Positions 19,174 through 26,993 of a stretch of DNA of 31,795 nt are shown one piece after another. This stretch comes from a bacterium (GTDB lineage Bacteria > Patescibacteriota > Saccharimonadia > Saccharimonadales > Saccharimonadaceae), in contig JAKQOF010000047.1 of assembly GCA_029565375.1 (NCBI GenBank), positions 1-31,795 of the forward strand. The letters run 5' to 3'. Position 1 is the stretch's first letter. Every line of letters starts with the position of its first letter. Both the position numbers and the translations under genes were made by a program. The notes beneath the pieces were generated by a model. It had not been told where the DNA came from. It ran no database searches and worked only from the letters and a program-made list of their open reading frames with translations.

Positions 19174-19677
19174 ATGACAACTGTTGAAAACACACTAGTA
19201 TTATTTAAGCCAGACACGGTTCAACGCGGGCTTGTTGGCGAGATTTTGACACGATTTGAGCGCGTTGGTTTGAAGATTGTTGCAACAAAAATGATTGCAC
19301 CGAACAAAGACCATTACTACAAGCACTACGAAGAAATCGGCCAGATGATTACTCGTCGAGGCGAGAAAGCGTTTGACGTAACACTTGAGATGATGATACA
19401 AGGTCCAGTCATTGCCATGGTACTTGAAGGTGTCGAAGCGGTGGCCCTGGTACGAAAGCTCGTTGGCCCTACCGAACCAAAGTCTGCAGCACCCGGAACG
19501 ATTCGTGGCGACTTTTCGCATATGAGTTTTGTATACGCAGACGATCAGGGCAAAGGTATTCCAAACCTTATTCATGCCAGCGGTGACCCAGAAGAAGCAG
19601 CTAAAGAAATTGCGCATTGGTTTACTGATGACGAGCTGTACACCTACGAAGCAGCAAACGAAAAGTTTGTCCGCTAG
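19174..19677 (+). CDS. ndk: Nucleoside diphosphate kinase
   Basis: TLVLFKPD.VQRGLVGEIL.RFER.GLKIV, GTIRGDF, catalytic NLIHAS. SD AAGGAG. Confidence 0.96.
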   Translation: MTTVENTLVLFKPDTVQRGLVGEILTRFERVGLKIVATKMIAPNKDHYYKHYEEIGQMITRRGEKAFDVTLEMMIQGPVIAMVLEGVEAVALVRKLVGPTEPKSAAPGTIRGDFSHMSFVYADDQGKGIPNLIHASGDPEEAAKEIAHWFTDDELYTYEAANEKFVR

Positions 19678-19713
19678 TACCCCTGTTATATGCTACAATA
19701 ACGAGTGGGTAGG

Positions 19714-19842
19714 ATATGCCTCGGTAGCTCAACTGCCTGAGCGAAGCGAAACAATTAACAGAAAGCAGCTCTATCCAGTTGAATTATAAACAGAGGGTAG
19801 GCTGACGCGTTATAATACCTATATGCCTCGGTAGCTCAACTG
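19714..19842 (+). repeat. 22-bp direct repeat of the tRNA-Arg 5' end plus a 15-bp inverted copy of its D-arm
   Basis: ATATGCCTCGGTAGCTCAACTG at 19714-19735 and 19821-19842. GCTCTATCCAGTTGA (19768-19782) is the reverse complement of 19836-19850. Confidence 0.95.
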
Positions 19843-19901
19843 GATAGAGCAGATCCGTCCTAAGGATAAGGTTGTAGGTTCAACTCCTGCCCGGGGTACC
19901 A
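19825..19901 (+). tRNA. tRNA-Arg(CCT)
   Basis: Cloverleaf GCCTCGG/CCGGGGT, D-stem GCTC/GAGC, anticodon loop GT-CCT-AA, T-loop TTCAACT, encoded CCA. Confidence 0.95.
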
Positions 19902-19905
19902 AAAC

Positions 19906-20454
19906 ATGAGTAAACAAGATACATCTGACGAAGATTCACAAGCGCAGCTTGATTTTGATGGCCAGCGCGACGATGAACAACTATTGTTCATCTTTCGCCG
20001 ACACATCATTGCGATGCGCAAGGGCTTTTATTTGCTTGTTATCCCACTCGTTATTACGGCAATTCCACCGCTTATTTGGCAAAATAATCTTGAACTCTTT
20101 TGGCTTCCTGTCGGTGGCCTCGCATTAGGACTAATCCTCTTTCTGTATCACTTTATCTTGTGGTATTTTACGATCTATATCGTCACTGATCAGCGCATTC
20201 GGCAGGTGACCCAACGAGGTTTTTTTGGTAAGGATGTTATCGAGCTTCATCTGTCCAAGATTCAAAACATAAGCTATAATATACCAGGGTTTACAGGTGA
20301 AATTTTTCAATATGGGACAATCGTTATCCAGACATTTGTTGGTGACTTGGTGATTCATCAAGTCGAGCATCCCGACAAAACGTACAATAAATTACAAAAT
20401 GCTGTCAATAATGCAGTTAAACACCAAGGAGATTATGAAGAAGTTACTAGCTAA
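19906..20454 (+). CDS. Membrane protein with bacterial PH domain
   Basis: Two TM helices, then YIVTDQRI..V.QRGFF..DV.EL.L.KIQNISY..GT.VIQT, typical of bPH domains. Confidence 0.75.
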   Translation: MSKQDTSDEDSQAQLDFDGQRDDEQLLFIFRRHIIAMRKGFYLLVIPLVITAIPPLIWQNNLELFWLPVGGLALGLILFLYHFILWYFTIYIVTDQRIRQVTQRGFFGKDVIELHLSKIQNISYNIPGFTGEIFQYGTIVIQTFVGDLVIHQVEHPDKTYNKLQNAVNNAVKHQGDYEEVTS

Positions 20455-21481
20455 GTTACGTAGGAAAGACGTCGAGGCACCGTCGCGTATTACGAACGAG
20501 ACTGTCGCTGAACATCGTGAACGCATTCTTGCCGGTGGACGCCGCTTCAAGTATCCTTTGCAATACGTCCGACATCGCCTTGTGTTCAATACCATTATTA
20601 TTAGTGTTGTCGCAGTCATTGTTCTCGTGAGCGTCGGCTACTGGCAGTTATATTCTGTTCAAAACACCAACGTCTTTTTTTATAACGTGACGAAGGTTGT
20701 ACCGCTACCGGTCGGTTCTGTTGATGGACAGCCGGTCCTTTATAGTGACTATCTGATACGCTATCGCAGTGCAATCTATAACCTCGAACAAAAAGAGCAA
20801 GTCAGTTTGAAGACAGAGGATGGCAAACGCCAAGCAGACTATCATAAGCAAAAGGCCATGCAAGCTGCTATTAATGACGCGTATGGTGCAAAAGTTGCCA
20901 GCAAACTTGGCTTGAGTGTGACCGATGCTGAGCTGGAGTCATACATTAAAGCACAAAGACAGACGGCAGACGGTGAGATTTCACAGCAAACCTACGATGC
21001 GGCGACGCTTGATATTCTTGGATGGAGCCCAGATGAATATCGTCATGTGTTGAAGAATGAATTGCTCCGCCAGAAGGCGGCATACGCGGTTGATGACGCC
21101 GCACTGGCGACAAGCAATGCACTTACGTCACAAGTAAACGCTGATGGAAGTAACCTAGCGGCAATCACAACAGCGGCAAACGCAGTAGGCGCAAAGGTAG
21201 TGTATGGTGCATTTGGCTGGGTAAATAAAAGCAACCAAGACGGTGGGTTGGCTAGCGCAGCGGTTAAGCTCGAAAAAGGCAAAGTATCAAGCCCGATTAA
21301 GTCCACAACAGGAGACGGGTATTACTTTGTCCGCCTGATCGACAGCAACGACACACAGGTTAACTACGAATATATTCAAGTTCCACTGACAGAGTTTGCC
21401 AGGCAGTTGGCTGAACTACAGAAGAATAATAAGATTGCTGAATACATATCAGTACCAAAGACTGAAACAGATAATCCTTAA
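20435..21481 (+). CDS. SurA/PrsA-like membrane-anchored foldase
   Basis: One TM helix, SurA N-domain-like (GSVDGQPV.YSDY, VTDAELESYI), parvulin-like remnant (FGWV, LEKGKVSSPIKS..GYYFVRL). Start set at ATG 20435. Confidence 0.7.
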   Translation: MKKLLAKLRRKDVEAPSRITNETVAEHRERILAGGRRFKYPLQYVRHRLVFNTIIISVVAVIVLVSVGYWQLYSVQNTNVFFYNVTKVVPLPVGSVDGQPVLYSDYLIRYRSAIYNLEQKEQVSLKTEDGKRQADYHKQKAMQAAINDAYGAKVASKLGLSVTDAELESYIKAQRQTADGEISQQTYDAATLDILGWSPDEYRHVLKNELLRQKAAYAVDDAALATSNALTSQVNADGSNLAAITTAANAVGAKVVYGAFGWVNKSNQDGGLASAAVKLEKGKVSSPIKSTTGDGYYFVRLIDSNDTQVNYEYIQVPLTEFARQLAELQKNNKIAEYISVPKTETDNP

Positions 21482-21492
21482 GGAGACTCACT

Positions 21493-22092
21493 ATGTTTAC
21501 ACTTCCAGAATTGCCATACGATTACGACGGGCTAGGTAAGTATATCAGTAAGGATATTATGGTACTTCATCACGACAAGCATCATCAGACATACGTCGAT
21601 AAGCTAAACGCTGCAATAGACAGTGCCCCAGAACTAAAGGGTCGGTCGGTAGAAGAACTATTGATCGGCATCAATGATGCACCGGATAGCGTTCGTCAGG
21701 CAGTGATTAATCATGGTGGTGGTCACTATAACCACAGTCTTTTCTGGCAGTGGATGTCACCAAACGGTGGCGGTGAGCCAACGGGTGAGTTAGCGGCAGC
21801 ATTAGTTGAAAAGTATGGTAGTTATCAAGAGTTTGTTGACCAATTTACAACAAAATCACTTGCTGTCTTTGGAAGTGGTTGGACATGGTTGCAGCCAGAC
21901 CTTGATATTATTACAACCGCCAACCAGGATAACCCATTGATACAGGGACTGGAAGCGCCACTACTTGGTTTGGACGTCTGGGAACACGCGTACTATCTTG
22001 ATTACAAGAACAAGCGCGACGACTATGTAAAATCGTGGTGGAATGTTGTGAACTGGGATTTTGTGTCAGAGCGTTTTGGTATACACAATTAG
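21493..22092 (+). CDS. sodA: Fe/Mn superoxide dismutase
   Basis: LPELPYDY, HHDKHHQTYV, NHGGGHYNHSLFW, FGSGWTWL, DVWEHAYY. SD AAGGAG. Confidence 0.96.
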   Translation: MFTLPELPYDYDGLGKYISKDIMVLHHDKHHQTYVDKLNAAIDSAPELKGRSVEELLIGINDAPDSVRQAVINHGGGHYNHSLFWQWMSPNGGGEPTGELAAALVEKYGSYQEFVDQFTTKSLAVFGSGWTWLQPDLDIITTANQDNPLIQGLEAPLLGLDVWEHAYYLDYKNKRDDYVKSWWNVVNWDFVSERFGIHN

Positions 22093-22118
22093 TTTTTCGA
22101 GGATTTTTTACACCCAGA

Positions 22119-22154
22119 ATAATAAAAGACCATCTGACGATAGTCTTTTATTAT
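22119..22154. terminator. Bidirectional terminator between sodA and tRNA-Asp
   Basis: ATAATAAAAGAC...GTCTTTTATTAT 12-bp inverted repeat with A/T tails on both sides. Confidence 0.75.
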
Positions 22155-22229
22155 GGCGGGCTCGACCGGATTTGAACCGGCGATCTCCTCCGTGACAGGG
22201 AGGCGTGATAACCCCTTCACTACGAGCCC
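22154..22229 (-). tRNA. tRNA-Asp(GTC)
   Basis: Minus strand GGGCTCG...CCTCC-CT-GTC-AC-GGAGG...TTCAAAT...CGAGCCC-G-CCA. TGtTAGAAT promoter at 22252-22260. Confidence 0.96.
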
Positions 22230-22342
22230 GTATGTAGGGTGAACTCAAAACATTCTAACAGTTTTCGGCCGATCAAGCAACAGGGGAGAGGCGTTTATTT
22301 ACACGCCTTGTAATGCTATAATAATCGATGATTGGCAGCAGT

Positions 22343-22418
22343 GCCGCTGTAGCTCAGTTGGTAGAGCGGCGCTTTCGTAAAGCGTAGGTCTCCGGTTCAA
22401 ATCCGGACAGCGGCTCCA
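22343..22418 (+). tRNA. tRNA-Thr(CGT)
   Basis: GCCGCTG/CAGCGGC acceptor, loop TT-CGT-AA, discriminator T, encoded CCA. TGcTATAAT promoter at 22314-22322. Confidence 0.96.
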
Positions 22419-22432
22419 TCATTTTGAAATAT

Positions 22433-22825
22433 ATGAAAAAGACTATACAAGATTCACTCAAACACCTTGTCGCCGACCGCTATTTACTAGTGCTATCGAG
22501 TATTTTGTTATTACTGGCGATTAGCTTTGCGATATACATAGGATTGAGTGTTCGGCCTAGCGAACTTCAACTTGTGTCGCATTGTTCTGCCTTTGGCGTG
22601 ACGCACTTGTACCGCGACCAGTGGTTTTATTTGCTGACATTTGCGGTTTTTGGATTATTTGCAGCGCTCATTCACATTATTATCGCTATCAAATTGTTAC
22701 TCATCAAAGGGCACTCGCTCGCCGTACTGTTCGCATGGCTTGGTATCGCCATAGTTCTTCTTGCCTGGATGACAGCGTATGCCGTTATTAACATTTACGT
22801 CACAATAAACGTGTGTTCACCGTAG
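22433..22825 (+). CDS. Small multi-pass membrane protein (3 predicted TM helices)
   Basis: Three hydrophobic stretches and a loop motif HCSAFG...YRDQWFYL. ATG 22433 preferred to TTG 22424. Confidence 0.7.
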   Translation: MKKTIQDSLKHLVADRYLLVLSSILLLLAISFAIYIGLSVRPSELQLVSHCSAFGVTHLYRDQWFYLLTFAVFGLFAALIHIIIAIKLLLIKGHSLAVLFAWLGIAIVLLAWMTAYAVINIYVTINVCSP

Positions 22826-22832
22826 TGAGTCT

Positions 22833-24506
22833 ATGATTGATCTTGAAATACCCCTTGGTAAACGAACACTCAAATATCGTTTGTTCGAGATGCTTCCTGC
22901 CGTACTGAGTTACGGTGCATTAATTTTGCTTGTCGTATTGTCGCTTATCAGTCCGCTTTTGGCGGCAGTGTATCTGATGCTTATCATCATCACACTACTA
23001 GTTAAAGCCGTTGGTATCGCATATCACACCATCGGGGGACGCAATCGGCTCGAGCGCTCTCAAAACGTTGACTGGAAGGCACGACTCAGTGATTTGGAAC
23101 AGCCTGTCGAGTCATTTGAACGATTAAAGGATGCTCATTCGCGCGCGTTTGGTGCAATTGCGCACGTAGACAACCTACGTCTGATGTCGGCTGACCCGCA
23201 TACGTTTCCGCGCCCATCCCAGCTGTACAACCTGGTGATTATCGCAACCTATAACGAGTCGTATGACATCCTAGCACCAACAATTCAATCCGTTCTGAGC
23301 ACAACCTACGACAATAAAAAGATTATCCTCGCGATTGCGTATGAGCAGCGTGGTGGACCTGCGATTAAAGCCACAGTAGAGCGTTTAAAAAAGGAGTTTG
23401 GTGATCAGTTCCACTCGCTACACTTAATCGAACACCCGCAAGACCTTCCTGATGAAGTAATTGGAAAGGGTGGTAACATTACCCACGCTGGTCGTTATAT
23501 GCGTGACTGGCTACCGACGCAAGATATCGACTATAAAGATGTTATTGTGACGACGCTCGATAGCGATAACCGTCCCCATGCGACATATTTTGACTATGTG
23601 ACATACGAATACGTCGTACACGAAGATCGCAAACATCTTGCGTATCAGCCGATATCACTATTCTTCAGCAATATTTGGGATGCACCTGCACTTATGCGCG
23701 TTGTTGCAACAGGTAACTCGTTTTGGAACATTATTAGTGCCATGCGCCCTCATACACTTCGCAACTTTGCCTCACATTCGCAACCAATGGATGCACTTGT
23801 CGAGATGGACTTTTGGAGTACGCGCACAATCGTAGAGGACGGTCACCAATACTGGCGTAGTTACTTTTACTTTAACGGTAATTACTCGGTATTGCCGATC
23901 TATGTGCCTATCTATCAAGACGCTGTGCTATCAGATACATACCTAAAGACCTTGAAAGCGCAGTTTATCCAGTTACGTCGGTGGGCATATGGTGCTTCAG
24001 ACGTGCCATACGTGGCAGTACGGATTTTTACGGGTCAGCGCAACGTCTCGTTCTTGGGGGGCTTTGGACGCTTTCTGAGGCTGCTTGATGGCCATGTAAC
24101 GCTTGCGAGTATATCGATTTTGGTCGCCTTCGGTGGGTGGGTACCGCTTCTTATTAATTCTCAGGCATTTCGTGACCCCGTGGCGCACCAACTTCCGGAC
24201 GTCATTAGCTCGATGCAGCAAGTAGCGACCGTCGGTCTTATTATTACTGTCTTTCTCGCCTTTAAGCTTCTTCCTCCGCGGCCAGCGCGCTATAAGCGCC
24301 ATAGGACTATATGGATGGTACTACAGTGGTTCTTGATGCCAATTAGCGCAGTTGGTTACAGCGCCGGATCGGCGTTGTACTCACAAGGTCGTTTATTCCT
24401 TGGTAAGTATCTTGATAAGTTTGATGTAACAGATAAAGCAACACATGAATCCGCAAAAGCTGCTCGGCAGCGCGCCAAAGAACTCAAACATACATCTCAG
24501 GGATAA
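22833..24506 (+). CDS. Membrane glycosyltransferase family 2, processive-synthase type
   Basis: IIATYNES, GKGGN, TTLDSD (DxD), IVEDG, QLRRW (QxxRW); TM helices on both sides of the catalytic domain. Confidence 0.85.
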   Translation: MIDLEIPLGKRTLKYRLFEMLPAVLSYGALILLVVLSLISPLLAAVYLMLIIITLLVKAVGIAYHTIGGRNRLERSQNVDWKARLSDLEQPVESFERLKDAHSRAFGAIAHVDNLRLMSADPHTFPRPSQLYNLVIIATYNESYDILAPTIQSVLSTTYDNKKIILAIAYEQRGGPAIKATVERLKKEFGDQFHSLHLIEHPQDLPDEVIGKGGNITHAGRYMRDWLPTQDIDYKDVIVTTLDSDNRPHATYFDYVTYEYVVHEDRKHLAYQPISLFFSNIWDAPALMRVVATGNSFWNIISAMRPHTLRNFASHSQPMDALVEMDFWSTRTIVEDGHQYWRSYFYFNGNYSVLPIYVPIYQDAVLSDTYLKTLKAQFIQLRRWAYGASDVPYVAVRIFTGQRNVSFLGGFGRFLRLLDGHVTLASISILVAFGGWVPLLINSQAFRDPVAHQLPDVISSMQQVATVGLIITVFLAFKLLPPRPARYKRHRTIWMVLQWFLMPISAVGYSAGSALYSQGRLFLGKYLDKFDVTDKATHESAKAARQRAKELKHTSQG

Positions 24507-24536
24507 AAAATCACCTGTTCCTTAAGAACAGGTGAT
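24505..24536 (-). terminator. Intrinsic terminator oriented for the minus strand
   Basis: ATCACCTGTTC-cttaa-GAACAGGTGAT (11 bp). The A-run lies on the left, giving a U-tail only on the minus strand. Confidence 0.7.
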
Positions 24537-24557
24537 GGATAGGTGACATCGCTATGC

Positions 24558-24695
24558 TTATGCGTTTTTGTGTGTACGAACACGTACATCACGCTTTACT
24601 TCTTGAAGAGTCTTGTTGTATTCAAATCCCAGACTAAACTGCTGAAGTTGCGAGATAGGTGATACTGGTTCTGACATCTGTTGTTTCTTGACCAT
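24558..24695 (-). CDS. Uncalled 45-aa small protein MVKKQQMSEPVSPISQLQQFSLGFEYNKTLQEVKRDVRVRTHKNA
   Basis: Hand-translated ORF below the track cut-off; preceded by TTGACA-17-TAATAT and followed by a minus-strand terminator. Confidence 0.65.
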   Translation of the reverse strand: MVKKQQMSEPVSPISQLQQFSLGFEYNKTLQEVKRDVRVRTHKNA

Positions 24696-24701
24696 ATATA
24701 C

Positions 24702-24730
24702 ATATTAGCATAAGCACTTGTAATTGTCAA
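24702..24730 (-). promoter_or_regulatory. Sigma70-type promoter of the 45-aa ORF
   Basis: Minus strand TTGACA-attacaagtgcttatgc(17)-TAATAT-gtatat-ATG. Confidence 0.7.
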
Positions 24731-24856
24731 TGGTACAGATGTGCAGTCGATATTCACCAGGTGATATACAGATAGTAATATAGGTATTCGTGGACTGGTG
24801 GAAAACTATGACAAACAGTGGGTAAATAAAAAAGACCCCTGTAAGGATCTGATGTA

Positions 24857-24933
24857 TGGTGGGTCCTAGAGGATTCGAACCTCTCACCTCCTCAACGTCA
24901 ATGAGGCGCTCTAGCCAAATGAGCTAAGGACCC
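24857..24933 (-). tRNA. tRNA-Val(GAC)
   Basis: Minus strand GGGTCCT...CCTCA-TT-GAC-GT-TGAGG...TTCGAAT...AGGACCC-A-CCA. Confidence 0.96.
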
Positions 24934-24978
24934 AAGCTCTATACAGGATAGCAAAATAGGGGTGAACAGGCAACAATA

Positions 24979-25179
24979 TGGTATTATAAGCTAGAACAAC
25001 GACGCAGCCCAACCATCTGCCGAGTTCCGTGGGTGCGAGGACGTGCGTAACGTCCCTCATAAGTAAAAGTCCGGTGGAACCGTCTAGCAATCAGCTGGAC
25101 CCGAGACATACAACGAATGGATTTATAGTCATAAACCCGGTCGCTGTGTGTCTTATTTTAATTTAAAAGGAGTAACGAT
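24979..25179 (+). promoter_or_regulatory. thrS promoter and structured 5' leader, T-box-like
   Basis: TGgTATTAT (24979-24987); short hairpin with ACC in its loop (24998-25026); AGTA (25062-25065); GTCCGG-TGGAACC...CTGGAC antiterminator-like fold (25069-25100); long hairpin 25103-25154; SD AAGGAG. Confidence 0.65.
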
Positions 25180-26991
25180 ATGAACGACGAACAACTACAC
25201 GCAATGAGGCACAGCTTGGCGCATATTACGGCAGCTGCCGTGCAGCGACTGTGGCCGGAGGCAAAATTTGGGGTTGGTCCAGTGGTCGAAAATGGCTTTT
25301 ACTACGATATTGACCTTGGTGAGGTTAAAATATCTGACGCGAACTTCGCGAAGATTGAGAAAGAGATGCGGGGGATTATCAATTACGGTGATGATTTTGA
25401 ACGGTTTGAGATGCCAATTGATCAAGCGATCGACTGGGCGCGTGAGAACAATCAGCCGTACAAGGAAGAGCTGCTAAATGACTTGAAACGCTCAGGCACA
25501 ACAGTTGCAAAAGATCTCGACGTGAGCGAACTTGGTCTTGCCGCGGACGGAGAAGCGGCAGTAGAGAACGTGTCTTTCTACAAAAACGGCAACTTTGTTG
25601 ACCTTTGTCGTGGGCCACATGTACATAACACGAAAGATGTAGGTGTATTTAAGCTTCTACGTGTCGCTGGAGCGTACTGGCGAGGGAAAGAGACGAACCC
25701 TCAAATGCAGCGTTTGTATGGCGTTGCGTTTGCAACCCAAGAAGAACTTGATCAGTATCTTGAGCGCCTGGAACAGGCCAAGCTTCGCGACCACCGCAAG
25801 CTTGGTAAAGAGCTTGACCTTTACACTGTTTCGCCACTTGTCGGGGCAGGATTACCACTCTTTACACCGCGCGGGACAGTTCTTCGAGATATATTCTCAC
25901 AGTATTCCAACCAATTACGACAAGCTTTTGGTTTTGAAAAAGTGTGGACGCCTCATATTACAAAAACATCTCTCTACGAAACATCTGGGCATTGGGCAAA
26001 GTTTGGTGATGAACTGTTTTTGGTCACCAGCCAGGAAACTGACGACAAGATGGCATTGAAGCCAATGAACTGCCCTCATCATACGCAGATATATGCGAGT
26101 AAACCACGCAGCTATCGCGATTTACCTGTACGGTTTCTGGAAACAACAACTGATTATCGTGATGAGAAGACGGGTGAGTTGGGTGGGCTGAACCGTGTAC
26201 GTTCACTAACTCAAGATGATAGCCATGTATTCTGTCGTTCTGATCAGATCGAAAACGAGATTAATAGTCTGCTTTCTAGCGCTCGTGAATTATATGGCAC
26301 AATTGATATGAATTTGAGAGTTCGTCTGTCATATCGTGACAGTGGCGATGGTTATTTGGGTGACCAATCTCTCTGGGACTCAGCTCAAGCCCAATTAAAG
26401 TCAGCTGTTCTTTCAAATGATTTGGAATATTTTGAGGTCGAAGGTGAAGCGGCATTTTACGGTCCTAAAATCGATTTTATGGCAATGGATGCAATAGGTC
26501 GTGAGCATCAAGTTGCGACAGTGCAGCTAGATTTTGTGCAACCTGGTCGATTTGGTCTTGAGTACAACGATAATGAGGGCAACTCTCAAACGCCAGTCAT
26601 GATACATTGCGCGCTCCTGGGCTCGATCGAGCGATTTTTGAGTGTGTATATTGAGCACACCGGTGGTTGGTTTCCACTATGGGCTGCACCTGAGCAGATT
26701 CGAATCCTTACGATTAACGACACCGTTCTTGACTACGTGGAGGAGATTAAACAGGTGCTCACAGGCGTTGTATTGATGACACCAGTGAAGTATAACGAAT
26801 TACGGTACACAGTCGACAGCCGCAACGAATCACTTGGCAAAAAAATCCGAGAGGCGACATCGTGGAAGATACCTGTACAACTTATTATTGGACAACAAGA
26901 TAAGGATGATAGGCAAGTGAGCGTGCGAACTCAGGATGGTGAAACGAAAGTATCTCTTGACGCCCTTGCGGATTATTTAAAGCAGGTGTAA
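25180..26991 (+). CDS. thrS: Threonine--tRNA ligase (lacks N-terminal TGS domain)
   Basis: RHSLAH, GFYYD, DLCRGPH, GAYWRG, RDHRKLG, LKPMNCP, FYGPKID, TVQLDF, GSIERF. Confidence 0.98.
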   Translation: MNDEQLHAMRHSLAHITAAAVQRLWPEAKFGVGPVVENGFYYDIDLGEVKISDANFAKIEKEMRGIINYGDDFERFEMPIDQAIDWARENNQPYKEELLNDLKRSGTTVAKDLDVSELGLAADGEAAVENVSFYKNGNFVDLCRGPHVHNTKDVGVFKLLRVAGAYWRGKETNPQMQRLYGVAFATQEELDQYLERLEQAKLRDHRKLGKELDLYTVSPLVGAGLPLFTPRGTVLRDIFSQYSNQLRQAFGFEKVWTPHITKTSLYETSGHWAKFGDELFLVTSQETDDKMALKPMNCPHHTQIYASKPRSYRDLPVRFLETTTDYRDEKTGELGGLNRVRSLTQDDSHVFCRSDQIENEINSLLSSARELYGTIDMNLRVRLSYRDSGDGYLGDQSLWDSAQAQLKSAVLSNDLEYFEVEGEAAFYGPKIDFMAMDAIGREHQVATVQLDFVQPGRFGLEYNDNEGNSQTPVMIHCALLGSIERFLSVYIEHTGGWFPLWAAPEQIRILTINDTVLDYVEEIKQVLTGVVLMTPVKYNELRYTVDSRNESLGKKIREATSWKIPVQLIIGQQDKDDRQVSVRTQDGETKVSLDALADYLKQV

Positions 26992-26993
26992 TC

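Noticed and set aside
19529-19789. 86-aa ORF spanning the ndk end and the tRNA-fragment element
   Set aside because: Overlaps ndk out of frame, has no start signals or recognisable motif, and probably arises by chance.
22289-22308. AGGCGT-N8-ACGCCT inverted repeat between the divergent tRNA-Asp and tRNA-Thr promoters
   Set aside because: Only 6 bp per arm and a single occurrence; within chance expectation.
24705-24887. 60-aa minus-strand ORF
   Set aside because: Starts inside tRNA-Val and runs through a promoter; no coding signals.
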